This document shows positions 13,776 to 27,279 of a stretch of DNA of 64,000 bases, piece by piece (position 1 is the stretch's first letter; each line of letters opens with the position of its first letter). This DNA is from the human T2T-CHM13v2.0 reference genome, Homo sapiens, in assembly GCF_009914755.1 (NCBI RefSeq), contig NC_060929.1; one strand, given 5' to 3'. A program made the translations under genes and the position numbers. The notes beneath the pieces are model-generated. The model saw only the letters and a program-made list of their open reading frames with translations, was not told where the DNA came from and ran no database searches.

Positions 13776-14979
13776 TTCATTCAATTATTGGATAGCCATT
13801 TATTGAATTTCAACTACGTGCTAGCACGAGGATTATTATCACCACGGTGAGTGGACCAGGCTTGGGTTGTCCGTAGGGGAGTTAGGATTCTTCCCAGGGA
13901 TGTCTGGCAGGTGACTTGTCGCCACACCATGTTCTCTCTCACAGGATTTTAGTGGTGGGAGGTACAGGGCCTTCTTGAGACCCATGAGGTGGGGTGATTC
14001 CCTGTGTCCCTGGCCCCATCACCAGGTGCGATCTAGTTTTCAGCCTTAAAGCCCAGGTCAGTCTGCTGTCCTCTGTGCCTATCTCCACCAAGCCCTCCCA
14101 CCTGCTACTATTTCAAATGCCAAGACTTGAAAACTTTTAAATACTTGATAAAAACCTGGCCTCCAAGTTAGGCATTTCCCTGCTTTTAAAAACAGAGGAA
14201 GCTTGAGCAAAAGCCAACATTTTTCTGGGTGACTCAGACCTGTCATTATGTGCTTCATTGATATAATTTTGAGTCTGTACTTTCAGGTTTTCATTTTCTT
14301 TCTTTGTGTCACTTGTCACCTCACCTGTGGCCACTGAGATTGTCACTAAGTGCCTCTCATTTCCTTTGGGTTGGCTGTTTTTCATCTCCTGTGAATGGGG
14401 AAACTGAGCTTCTGTTTTTTTTTTTAAATCCTATTTTTTTTCTACCCTATTTTTTTTCTAATGAAAAGCCGGAAGTTGCTTGGTGAGACCTGAGGAATGA
14501 GTCAGTGACTGTTAAAGCCACCTCTGGTGTTGGCTGGCCTCCATGGTTGGTTGTGGCATGGCCCTGTGTCCTGTGGTCATGGTCTTACTACAACTGTGGC
14601 ATCTGCAGGAGGGATTGAGAGCTTGGGCGCAGGAGTCTCCTGAACGTGGGCTCAGGTCCTGGCTCCACTGCATATTAGTTTGGGAGCTGAGTCAGCTTAA
14701 TGCCTCCAAGCTAAAGTTTTCTTGTCTTGGCACAGAAAGCCCTGCATAAATGATGCCCTTTATTATTAATGGTTGTAGAATTTGTGGTGCTGGTGGTGGA
14801 GGTTGAGGTTGGGGCAACATGACCAGTGAGTGTTTAGGTAACTATGTAGAGTGTAGGTTAAGAGCATGGGCTTTAGGGCCAGGATGACCTGGGGTTTAGT
14901 CCTTACTGCCTCATTCACCAGCCAGGTGACAGATAATGAAGGGATACTTACAGAGGTCAATGGCGTGGGCTATTGAGTT

Positions 14980-15185
14980 AATGTGGGAGTCTGTTCCTGG
15001 CTCTGCTGCTTACCCTCTGGTGACCCAAGTCTAGAAGCTGCTTTAGGTTTCTCATCTCCAAAATGAGGAAAAAAGGACCTACCTGTCAGGATTGTTGGGG
15101 GAATTAGCTTAATGCACATACCCTTAGTGTTTCAAACAGTGTCTGGCACATGTAAATGCTCAATAAACGTCAGCCGTTACTAGCT
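14980..15185 (+). mobile_element. MIR SINE
   Basis: tttctcatctccaaaatgagg...cagtgtctggcacatgtaaatgctcaataaacg. Confidence 0.7.
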
Positions 15186-18100
15186 AATGATTCTCCTGGC
15201 ATCCGGGAAGTGTAGATACTGCTTTTATTTTTTAAATACTGTTGTTTATGCTGTAGCCCTTTTCAGCACTTCTTCCTGGTCTTTGTTCCCTTGGCTTTTC
15301 TTGGTCTTCCAAGTATTGAAGTAGGACTAGTAGATGGTTCATTCTGGGAATAGTTACGCACGCTATTCAGAGGGAATGGATGCTTTGCTTTGTGAGTTTC
15401 CCTGGATCAAGTTTCCTCTACAGGTAGGAATTGTTTCCTTATCAGGCCCTCAACCTGGACCTCCCTGGGAGCCGCTGGCAGATTGTATGAAATAACAACA
15501 ATACTCAGGGGATGAAGTATCTGTTAAAAATTACGAGTGTTGTCCTCTTTGACATCTCCACCCTTTCTTATGGAAAAGATTTTGAGTGCACTGTAGCTGA
15601 AAGATTATTCCTGCACTCTGTACGATTCCACTTTTACCCGTGCAGTTTCCCTTCTTTTCTTGGTAGGTTTACAGCATATGCACCACAAAATGAGTCATTA
15701 TGACTTAAGTTTTTTTTATTTCTTTTAAGCCCAACATGTAGGTGGTAAACTAGGATCTTTCCTGGTCAATTCTAAAATGGTTGGGAAAATGAAATTTAAA
15801 AGAAAAACATGGAGAAGGAAATTAACAAGCATACATTATTCTTTTCCCCCTAAGGTTTTTGCCTTCACATGGGGTTGCTTTCATTTTCCTGACAATTAGT
15901 TGTAACTAAAATACTGTGTGTCTTTGGAATAATTTAAGAAGAAAGGTTTTGCCCCCATGAGGCATCAACCATGTGCAGGGTACTGGTGATGGACGGTTGC
16001 TGTGACTGGGGTAGTCTGGTTTGGCAAGGGCTTGTCATGTAGGGGATTGTCTCTATATTTTGAGGGGTTGGCAACTCTCTCCGCATGCTCAGGGAGAGTT
16101 GCCACCTGGCCCATCTGTAGAGTGGCCCAAATCTGGTTTTTGCCTCCTCTAGCAAGACGGGTTTGGTGTGCTAGGTGATTCTGACACACACCAGGTCCCC
16201 GCCTTCCTCCAGCAGCCTGACCCTGTCCTCAGTCCAAAGCAGCTAGAAGGCCTGCGTATCTGTTTCACCTGTTAAAGTGTTTCTGTGTGCTCATGATCTT
16301 CACTACTGGTGTGTTATTGGAAGTTAGCCACTGTGTTCAAAAGAAAGGCACAGCTTGATTAAATAGGTTAGTAAGTGCTGGTTAGGCATGTGCTTCTGTT
16401 GAGTCAGGGAAAGGCTGGTGGTGATAAGGAGAGGAGGCTTTGAGATTTCTGTAACCTTTCTGTCCTCTAGATTTCTGAGGTTGACACTTGGTAAAGGGAG
16501 AGAGAATGCTGTATACCATCATATTCTCTGTGCAGGACCCAACCAGGTTGACCAAATGTCCTAGGTCACACCTGCTATCTCAGCATGATTATTAACAGTG
16601 CCCCCTTTCTCGAAACCGTCTGTTTGGATCTGGCCACCCCATGTATGTGTCACACAGGTCTCTTTGAAACTTTTGTCAATAGGAATGAACCTCATTTTCC
16701 AGTGGCCTTTTCCCCCTTAGTAGATCATGATAAGAGTGAGATCACCTTCTTTTCCACCCAAATTAGCAAGAAAGAACAGTTCTGTGAATAGTTGTTACAA
16801 TTCTCACCATTAATAACTTCAAAAAGCTAGAGATCTGCAGAGCAGAGGGCACCTCACATCACCATTGTGGAGAGGGTGAGGTGCAGTGTGATATAATTGG
16901 TATTTATCTCTGTGGCCTGCTTGCCGCACTGGATTAAAACAAACCAAGAATTTCAAGGCTAATTGGCTAAAATTATATGTGTAATTAGAGAGAGTAGAAA
17001 AGCTAAAGGAAATGAACTTACCCAGTGTCACCTGGTCAAGCAGGTAATGGTGAACAAGGAGTGTGTGCCCAGGTGTGTCTGGCTGTCTCCACTGCCCCTT
17101 ACTGTCCACCATATTGGCCTAATGTTTTCCACTCATGACACTGAGGATGGTGTCATTCTCAGCATGCAGGGGATGAGCTGATTCAGAGCATGGTCATTGT
17201 TCCCACTGCTGTCTTCCCACAGCTAGGAAGTGGCAGAGGTTAGGTTTAAGCTCAGGCCTTTATACCATTATTACTTTGGGGAGGGCTAAATGGTGGATGT
17301 TTTCGACCTGATGAGAATAGTAGGAAGGGGCAATTGGTGTGAGGAAATATTGGCCCAGGGTGAACCTTTTCAAGTTTATTGGTGTGAGTTAAGTCATTTC
17401 CCTAGAATGTTGGCCAAGCCTCAGGAACATAGCACGTGGGGATGTTATTCATGTTCAATAAATGTCAAGTAGCATCCACAGATTTGTGGGTTTGTAAATC
17501 CAAATGGAGTGCTATTATTCAGGTTTCTTGCATGCTCAGGATTGCTAGCATTTGTTTTTGAACAGTTCTAATAAAATAGCTCATTACTATCAAGTATGGA
17601 TTAAATACCTGGCTGAGAAAAGTAAGGTGATTTATATATCTTCTAATTAGTGCAATTGAGAGTGACTATGGCAATGATTAAAAATTATTTTGTGGTGATA
17701 ATAAGTTGCGGTGGAGGGTAGGAAGGGGAAGTGAAGGATTTTTCCGTTTGTGTTACATTTCCACAGGTTTGGGATGTTTCTGACAGTACGTTATGGCAGT
17801 CAGTCTGTTTTTCCATAATTGTGATGACCTCTGAGTGAAGACTTGACTTTTAAAATTAATGATCTGATCAATGCACTCTTTAATTAATATAGCTGTGCAG
17901 GTGGATAAAAAATACCGGTCTTCAAAAAATGTTACCGATAGTATCAATTTTCACTGGGGCAAAATGACCAGACTAGCATGGTTTTGTATTTTTTCTCCCA
18001 AGCAGTTCTTGTGGGAGAGACAGACAGACAGATACACACACAAAATATGTAGCCTCTGGGAGTCAAGTTCATCTCTTTGCCATTGTAAATACTTTGGCCA

Positions 18101-18499
18101 TTGTGATTAGTCACTCAGCCAGACTGCGCCGTATCCCCCTCTCTCAGTTTGTATCATTTTCCTTGATATCTGATTCCACTTACATGCCTGCTCTCAAATC
18201 TCCATAGCTACGTGAAAATATGTATGAGAGGTATGTTTTTTCAGACAGGCAAATATGACCTTGCAGATGAGCTCCTTTCATTATTAAGTTTTACACAAAA
18301 TGCTCTGAATACAAATTATAATAGCACCTACCCTGTAGGAGTGTTTGTGGGGACTAAAGATGATAATCCATGTGAAATTCCGATCACAATGCCTGGCATG
18401 CACATAGGTCCTCAGCCTGTTAGTGTCTGTTTCTTTCTTGCTTTCTGTGGTTCCCTGATTTGCTGTCTCCACCCTGTTGAGTTGGTTCTCTCAGGGATT

Positions 18500-19330
18500 C
18501 CACTGATCACGATGGAGCCAGATCCCAATACTCTGTGCTCAGTCATTTGATATCTCTCTGCCTCGTTCAGGTGCTGAACACTCTGTCCATCCTGGAAACA
18601 GTTCTTCTCTGGGTTTTGTGGCACTGTGTTATTCTGATTTTCTCCCACCCCCTGGCCTTTCCTCATCTCCTTTCCTTTGCTCTTTGGTCTCCTTTTTTCT
18701 CCTTGTTGTCCACAGAAGACAATCTCTGAGTTTCTGTGCTCAGTTCATTTAGGTTTTATCAGCCGTCTGATTTACGTCTGTGGATGAAATTCAGATGTTC
18801 ACCCCTGGCTTGATTTCTAGGGTTCCATACATCCATTTCCAACTGCATGCCTAATTACCTCTGCCTTGATGTTGTTTCATGTCAGCTCAGATCCAACATG
18901 TCTCAAACGCAAGCCACCCTCCCCTCCCTTCTCCAAAGTATCTCTTCCTCCTCCAAACCCTCCTCCTCCTCCTCCCTCTCCCAACCTGCAGCCCCCACCC
19001 TCTGCCACCCATCCCTGGGTCTTTGGATGGTGAAGCCCTTCTCTTACCACCTCCTCCCTTTACCTTAACACTTTGCTGCTTTTTCTATCTCCCATTATCC
19101 AGTGGGTAGCAATTTCTCATGGATTCAACCTTGATGATTCCTTCTTGCATTTGCTTTTTCCTTTCTCTCTCTGCTCCTTGCAACATAGCTACCTACATAG
19201 CCGCTTGACTGACTCTTGCAATGGCTTCTCACCTCCTGTGTGTCTCTGTTTGCATCAGATTTACTGCCGCCCCATTACTCCTCCTAAAGCACAGGTTTGG
19301 CCATATCATATCCACCCCCAAATCTTCCCT
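18500..19330 (+). mobile_element. L2 LINE fragment with CT-rich tract
   Basis: catttccaactgcatgcct...gtcagctcagatccaacatgtctcaaac is typical L2; (CCT)n run near 18945-18980. Confidence 0.55.
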
Positions 19331-19507
19331 TGGCTCCCTGTTGTCTATTATGAAGACATACCAAAACTGTACACATGTCCTTTGGTATACCCTGTCAGTG
19401 GACACAAGGGATGCTGTTGTTCAGATGGTCACAGATAATAGTCTATTTTTGATGTCAACTTAGTGGTCCCCTGGTGAGTGAAGTGTTATCTGTTTCCCTC
19501 TAATAAA

Positions 19508-19874
19508 TGCTATGGACTGAATTGTGTCCCCTGCCAAAATTTGTATGTTGAAGCCCTAACTCCCAATATAACTACTTGGAGATAGGGCCTATAAAGAGGT
19601 AATTAAGTACAGTTAAATGGGGTTATATGGGTGAGGCCCTGATATGATAGGATTAGTGTCCTTATAAAAAGAGACAACCGAGAGCAGGCTCTCTCTCTCT
19701 CTCTGCACACATGCACAAAGAAGAGGTCATGTGAGTGTAGAGCCGGAAGGCAAGCCAGGAGGAGAGCCTGCAGCAGGACCTGACCTTGCTGGCACCCTCA
19801 TCTTGTCTTCCAGCCTCCAGAACTGTGAGAAAATAAAGTTCTTTTTCTTATGGCAGCTCAAGCTGACTAATACA
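19508..19874 (+). mobile_element. MaLR solo LTR (MLT1A-like)
   Basis: Starts tgctatggactgaattgtgtcccc, ends gctgactaataca; contains ccagcctccagaactgtgagaaaataaa. Confidence 0.9.
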
Positions 19875-20368
19875 AATAACAAACACTTATTTCAGGTCTT
19901 TTGTGTGCCTGGCACAGGACATCTAGGGAAGCGTGGCCCCCTGATGTTATGCAGTTTAGGTAAGTCCCTCTGTCCTTGCCCTGATGTCTTGCAGCTTTTG
20001 GTCAAAATGTAAGAGCAAGACACTGTGTTGGGCATTGAGTTTACAAAGATCATGAAGAGCTTATATCTTAGAAGGAAAGAAAGAGAAATGATTCAGTGGG
20101 AGTTGAATCTGCTCAGATGCTTAAGACACGGGTATAGCTGAAATGATGAGCTAGGCAAGCAATGTAAGGAATAGATTATAATATTAATTATCTTTCAGCT
20201 CAACACAGTTCAGTTTTTTTCTAGTTTTTTACTTAAAAATTTTTTTTGATTATAAAAGAAGTGAAAACTACCTGTATCTGTAGAATATTTGAAAAGTATA
20301 ATATGGAAAATTTGTAAAGCAGTAGGATGAAATACACTCATAATCTTACCACAGAGAACTTTTATTTC

Positions 20369-20671
20369 TTTTTTTTTGTTTTTGAGGTGGAGTTTCACTT
20401 TTGTTGCCCAGGCTGGAATGCAATGGCATGATCTCTGCTCACTGCAGTTTGCCTCCCAGGTTCAAGCAATTTTCCTGCCTCAGCCTCCCGAGTAGCTGGG
20501 ACTACAGGCACCCACCACCACACCCGGCTAATTTTTTTTTTTTTTTTTTTTAGTAGAGATGGCATTTCACCATGTTGACCAGGCTGGTCTCAAACTCCTG
20601 GCCTCAGGTGATCTGCCTGCCTCAGCCTCCCAAAGTGCTAGGATTACAGGCATGAGCCACTGTGCCTGGCC
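20369..20671 (-). mobile_element. AluS (Sq/Sx-like)
   Basis: Dimeric antisense Alu with expanded middle T tract; approximate TSD cttttatt(t/c)cttttt. Confidence 0.92.
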
Positions 20672-20699
20672 CTTTTATTCCTTTTTTAAAAAATATTTT

Positions 20700-20965
20700 T
20701 TAAAAAACATGTTCATGTACTTTTAAATGTGTACTGTTTCTGTTTTATGGATATAAGATAATTTTCTTACCTCTTAACTTTAAACATTTAGAGTGTTTCC
20801 TTTTTAAGTTTTTTTTAAACTATTTTAAAGAATATGATGGACATTTTTGTATGTACTTTTTTCCCCCATTTAATTTCCTTCAAACAGACTCCTTGAAGTG
20901 GAATTACTTGGTCAAAGGGCACAAGCATTTTTAAGGGCTTTGGGGACATCCTACCTACCGCTGAT
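20700..20965 (-). mobile_element. Old L1M 3' fragment
   Basis: gaagtggaattacttggtcaaagggcacaagcatttttaagg is a typical antisense L1M motif. Confidence 0.6.
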
Positions 20966-21479
20966 ATTTGCGCTCTTTCTGTGTGAGCAAGGGTCATGTT
21001 TGGCTTTGGCATTAGGGGCGGAGGCCTGGGGACAGTGAGAGGAGAATGAGATGTGGCCACTACCCCTACAGAGTCTGTGTAATCTACCAAGAGAGGCATA
21101 CCCAGAAGTGTGGGAGCTGTGAGGACCTTTTACTTTGTAAGTAATTTACCTCGTCTTTCTGAAACAACACAAAAATTTCAAACTACCACTTGGAAATATC
21201 TTGACCTTGGCGTTGGTAAATTTTCTGGGATTTCGGGGCCATCTTTAGACTCATAAGTGGGACAGTCATGCTTTTGGCAAGAAAGAAACATACTCATATT
21301 TAATAAGCCATGTTCAGTTTTAAACTAGATTTGTGTATGTTATATCGGGGTGCTTCTTGAGGAAATTTTGATTAGTGGACAAAAAATTATGAGCATGATA
21401 ATTTATTTCCTTAGCCACATACCCCTATTTCTCAAAGAGATTTGCCAAGAAAGGCTTATTTTAAACTATTTAAATGTAA

Positions 21480-21695
21480 GCTTAGCATGTATCCAGAAAA
21501 GTACACAGCTCAGAAATGCAGAGCTTGATAAATTATCACACAGTGAATACACTTATGTAATGGCAACCCAGGCCAAGCAATAAAAATGATTAGCATCCTG
21601 GAAAGCTCCATCTCATCTCTAGCCTTTCCCTCTTCTCCTAGAGCAACCATTCTTCCTGAGTTCCAGCAACTTGGATTTTGCCTCCTGTTGAGTTT
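21480..21695 (-). mobile_element. Old L1M(E) 3' end fragment
   Basis: agaaaagtacaca...cagtgaatacacttatgtaatggcaacccaggccaag resembles L1ME 3' UTR. Confidence 0.55.
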
Positions 21696-21764
21696 AAGAA
21701 AAGTTTTTAATCATTTTGGAAACTTATTTTAAAAATTAAATTCAAAAGCCCTAGCTAATCTACC

Positions 21765-22220
21765 TGTATCCTTTATCTATTATGGTATAACAAATCTTCC
21801 CAAGCCTTTGAGACCAAAGATGACAATAGTGTTTATTTCTTGTGACTCAGTGGATTGACTGGGTGGTTCTGTTGTCCTCTTCTGGGCTCACTTGTGCAGC
21901 TACATTCAGGGCGGGGACCACAGGGCCCCTCCCCATGTAGTCTTTCATCCTGGGCATCTACATGCTCTGGCAGCTTCAGGGCAGCTTTCCAAAAGGACAA
22001 AGGTGGAAGCTCCGGGCCTCTTGAGGCCTAGGCTTTGGAATTTGCATGGCCTCACTTCTGCCACATTCTGTTGGCCAAAACAAGTCACAAGGGATCCAAC
22101 TGTATCACAGAATCCAGAGAGTGGAGAAACTGCCTCCAACTCTGAATGGGAGGAATGGCAAAGTCACGTTGCAAAGGAACATGCATTAAAGGTGCGTGGC
22201 CATTAGCAATCTACCATATC
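21765..22220 (-). mobile_element. Old MaLR LTR (MLT1J/K/L-like)
   Basis: cacttctgccacattctgttggccaaaacaagtcacaagg...gggaggaatggcaaagtcacgttgcaaagg. Confidence 0.75.
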
Positions 22221-25200
22221 ACCCAAAGAGTGCTATGATCCTGTGTAGACCAAGTTTATTGTTAATACAGAGCTCTATAATACTGAGACTCTGTTCCACC
22301 TGGTTCACGTGTGAACACTGTCAGTTGACAGAGCCAGGATGCCTGGGGCTAGTAGGGGATGTATTGTCTCCATCTGATAGAAGAGGATTAGATCAGAAAT
22401 AGGAGAGCTTTTAAGGATTGCTTTTCTTTGGTAAATCAAGTTTGATCTGTACTAAATCATTTTCTTTTTCTTGATGTTTCTTTCATTGTTTGAAATAGCC
22501 TCTGTTTATCTCATGAAGTGATTTGAAGTTAATGCTTTAACAACATGAAAACATTTCTGGACTTGGAATGGCTGTTCTTCAAAGCACATTTGTACCTTAA
22601 CCCATCAGAGATAGAATTTATGGTATAGAGATGTCTTCTTTTTCTTCTGGTTCTAGATACCCCGTGTAAGAGAGTATTCAGGTGGCCCCATTCATTTAAC
22701 TCCTGGGTCTTGCAATCTTTATCAAAGTGAAATAGTCAAGGTAATATCAAGTCTATTTGATACAAGAAGAGTCTCTGATTCATCAAAAACATCCAACTGA
22801 CATATTACCCAGATAGATGCTTATAGGGTGGTTAAGTCTCACAATTTCTTTGACTTGTCTTTTACCCAGGTGTCTTTTCAAAATGGAGGGAAATGGTGTT
22901 TTGGATTTGATTTGGTGATTTCGTGATTTGGTAATGATAATAGCAAGGAGTGGATCCTTTTTATTGAGCATTTTCTATGTTCATGGAGTTCCCTGAGCTT
23001 AGTACTTTTCACACATTGTCTCACAGGGTTTGTGGGGAATGAAATTAGGTAACCCATGGTTAGCACATGATACATAATAAAAACCCAATAGTGGTTAGCC
23101 ACCAACACCAAGAGATGGATAATAATAATTTTCATTTAATTTAGCTCTTACAGTGATCTCAATTAGATTCTATTTGTGTTATTAACTTGTACAATCAAAT
23201 CATCACAAAACCCTCTAAGATTAGTTTTAGTATTACACCCATTTTATATATTAGGAAATTCAGGTACGCAGAGTTGAAGCAATTCACAGAGTTAGTAAAT
23301 GGCAGAGCCAGGATTTAAACCCAGGCCAGGGCATCTGAATCCAGGGCATTGGTACCCTTTCTTGGTTCTTGGGAATGGAATCTTCACGTACATTGACTTG
23401 GTGTCTGGATTCTTGGAGAGCAAAAGTAAGATATCATCAACCCACTTCCCTCCTCTAATGTTTAATTCTGGGTCCAGGCATCCTGGGCAGGGGCTCTGAA
23501 CTGGTGATGCCAAGTTGCTGCTTCACTCAGTTAATGATCTCTCTGGGGTTTTGGCTTTTCACTTAATCTGTGGTTCATTCTTCCCCTCTGAAGAGAGGAG
23601 CTGGCTTCCTTAAAGCCTGACAGCTTTTTTCCCCGGTGATGAACCAGTCATATAAATCATTTACAACTTACTCTTTAAAGAGATGTTCCTTTTTCCCAAT
23701 GCCAGAATTCAAGATACTCTGTAAGGCAGGAGCTCAAAGCCCTTTACCTGGGCTAATTAGACCACCTATGCTAATTAGACCACCTCTTCTCATTTCTCTG
23801 TTTGAGGCTTCAAGTAAGAAGAAGTCTCCCATGCACTCAGTCTGAAGTAATTTCCATAGTTTTCCTTGGCATCACTGAGTATTTTGAGACATCTCGAGGC
23901 CTGTGTTTTCACAGAAGTTGTCTCCGGGTTACTTAGAAGAGTAAGGATTGGAATAGAATTGCAGGGTACCCCAGTTTTAGTCTCCCCATGGAGTAGTTCA
24001 AAGGAGTTTGAAATTGCAAATATAAATAAGACTTTATGGTTCATGTTGTTATTGCCACCCTTCCCAATTTAGAAAACCTTTGGATCAGATACCATACTAG
24101 GCATTTTACAGGTATTATTTCATGTATTCTTTAAAACAGTTTTATGAGATTGGTATTATCGTACCTACTTTCCAGACATGGAAACTGAAGGACAATTATG
24201 TAACTTGCCTCAGGTCAGGTAGGGAGGAAGTAGCCCAGGTGGTACTGAGATCAGAGCTCAGGTTTTTCATATTTCAAATCCTGTTTTTTCCTGGGTGACT
24301 TACCCCATTGATGTGTCCTTCAGGCACCCTTTAAATCTCTCGCAGAACGCATTTGGAAACCAAAACGGTTTTTGTCTAAAATTCATTATCTGGAACTTCT
24401 GTAGTCAGTACTCTTTCTTCACCTTATCCTCTTTCCATTTTTTCCTCTGAGTTCTTGGGATGAAGTAATGAAGTTTGGAGGCAAGAAGGCCTGGGATTAG
24501 GTTCCTTTTAAGTTACTTGGCAAGAGAAAACAAAAGGGTAGACGTCATGAGAAAGTTTCCCATTGTATCTCTAAGCTCAGTGGAGGATACTCTATTGGAA
24601 AGTTCTGTTCTTCCCATGAGAGGAATTAAGGAAGGGAAGAAAGATCTTGGCAAAATTCTGTTTTTTTTTTTCACCCTCTCCCTCTGACCAGCCTTAGTGC
24701 TTTGTGTTCACTTCTGCTTTCCTCTTCTACCACCCACCCTGGGTTCCTCGTAGTGAACACGTCATTCGAACTTGGTATCTTGTTACTCTCACGTCTCACT
24801 TGAGCTTCACTTGGCGATGATAAGAAGGCCTGGTTTTTAGGCTTGCAGTGGCCAGTTGTGCCTGCTTCTCCTGCCTTGTGCCCTGTACTTGCCCTTTGGT
24901 ACTTTGTGCAGCTGCGGAGCTTAAGGGTGAGCTAGTCCTATCTTTTCCCTGCAGTAGAAGATACTTTTGAATGTGAAATCAGTATTGAGTATTTCGTAAG
25001 ATCCCTGATTCTTCTTGTTCCTTTTTGGGCATCATGGTTTATGAGATTCTGGATCGTCAGCCTTGGTAGAATAGTTATATATTTATACTCCAGCTCATTC
25101 TCTTTTCTTAGGACTAACTCAAACAATACAAAACAGTTTTGCCCCTCACATTGCTTCAGATGAAAGCAGAAGAAAAGAATAGTTATTTATGTACATAATT

Positions 25201-25287
25201 TCACAGTAATCAGATCTTTCATTTTTCCCTGCAGGGATATTGGCAGATAGCAATCTGAGTGTTTGCAGGTATGACATGTTGAGGGTA

Positions 25288-25684
<397 letters not shown>

Positions 25685-25754
25685 TCATTGTTCTTACCTT
25701 TTGATTGAACAGAGAAATACAAAGGAAGTTAATTTTATAATGAGATGGCCAAAG

Positions 25755-25985
25755 GCATAATGATATACTAATGCAGGTATGAGGTCAGGTAAACCTGGGA
25801 TAGAATCTAGGTTTAGCCACGCTTATTGGCTGTGTCACCTCAGACAGGTTGTTGAACTTCTCTGAGTTTTGCTTTTATCATCTTGGACAATAATGCCTAC
25901 ATTTCAAGATGGTTGTGACCATTAAAAATAATTAAATGAATTCGTAAGCATCTTGGAGTGTCCTGTATATAGTGGGGCTTATATA
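25755..25985 (+). mobile_element. MIR SINE
   Basis: ggctgtgtcacctcagacaggttgttgaacttctctgag core. Confidence 0.65.
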
Positions 25986-26271
25986 TTATTGTTCTTATTT
26001 TGTTTGCTACAAATGCACAGAACAAGCTGGTTTGAGGCACTTGTGTCTAGTAGTCATGTTGTGGGATCAACTTTGGAAAAAGAGACAGCTTTGGAATTAT
26101 CTAGTCTGAAATTTTCATTATACAGACAAGGAAACAGACTCAGAAAAGTTAAGTGACCACGTCAAAGCTGTAGAACTGGATAGGGACAAAGCTGAGACTA
26201 GAACTCGTACCACTGACTCTTAGCTTATGGTCTTTTTATGCCATCATGACTTATTTGGTCTAGATATGTAT

Positions 26272-26450
26272 ACCAGCATCTCTAGGGCAAGATTTACTAA
26301 AATCACCTGGGAAGTAGTAGTGTTGATGTGGTTAAAAAAAGTACCTTCCTGGACTCCGTCCTAGATTAATGACTCAAATCTCTGGAGTATAACCAGGGAT
26401 CTGCATTTTAACAAACATTTCAGACGATTCTTATGTATTTTATAAGTTTA
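26272..26450. mobile_element. MER5-like hAT-Charlie fossil
   Basis: aaatcacctggg...ccagggatctgcattttaacaaacatttcagacgattcttatg. Confidence 0.65.
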
Positions 26451-27191
26451 CATTTATTTTGTGATGTAATACAAAATACATTTACAAAGTGAGTTTGAGA
26501 TGAGTCGTTTGAGTTTACTGGGTTTGAGTCTCTGTTCTTATGCTGTAATTAAGATTTGATTTTCACAGAGTTATCTGAGCACCTTCAGACACTTAAAGAG
26601 TGCCTGGCACATAGCAAGCACTTTACAAGTGTTAGTTATAATAACCCCATTTAATTGTTATAACAATCCTTTGAAGGTTTTTTTTTTTATTTCTTTTACA
26701 GATATAGGAAGCTAATGTACAGAGCGGTCATATAACTTGCCCAAGGTCATCCAGCTAACAGTTGACAGAGACGATACTTGAACTTCTGTGTGTCTGATGC
26801 TGAAACCCATGTGGGATAGTAGATTTTTTTCAATAAATATTGAAAGTTAAAGGATTTTTCTCATTAAAAGAATACCCCTCTGGGTTTGGTTGATATTAGT
26901 CTGTTGAGGTAGACCAAAGAGAGACCTCATATAGGTAAAATAATCCCTATTCTGGTTTTCAAAACCAAAAAAGTTCTGGAATGAGGCTTTCCTGAGAGTG
27001 AGAAAGCTGGCAAAAACAATTTGTTCGAAAGGGAAAGTTTTTATTTTCATTCTCTGTGCAAATGAAATGGATGGTTAAGGGAGAAAGTGGCAGCTGGCCG
27101 AAGAGCTTGACTCAGCTTCTTCAAGTCCAAAGAGCTCAGAGACTGGAGACCTTGGGGAAATTTTGTGTGCTGTCCAGTTTTGTGTTGCGAC

Positions 27192-27240
27192 AGAGAGAGA
27201 GAGAGGAGGGGAGGGGAGGGGAGGGGAGGGGAGAGAGAGA
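27192..27240 (+). repeat. Pure-purine (GA)n-(GGGGA)5-(GA)n tract
   Basis: Directly visible; five G4 runs at 27208-27231. Confidence 0.95.
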
Positions 27241-27279
27241 CTGAGCTAGCCTCTGGAGTTATGCGTATTATTTTCCCCA

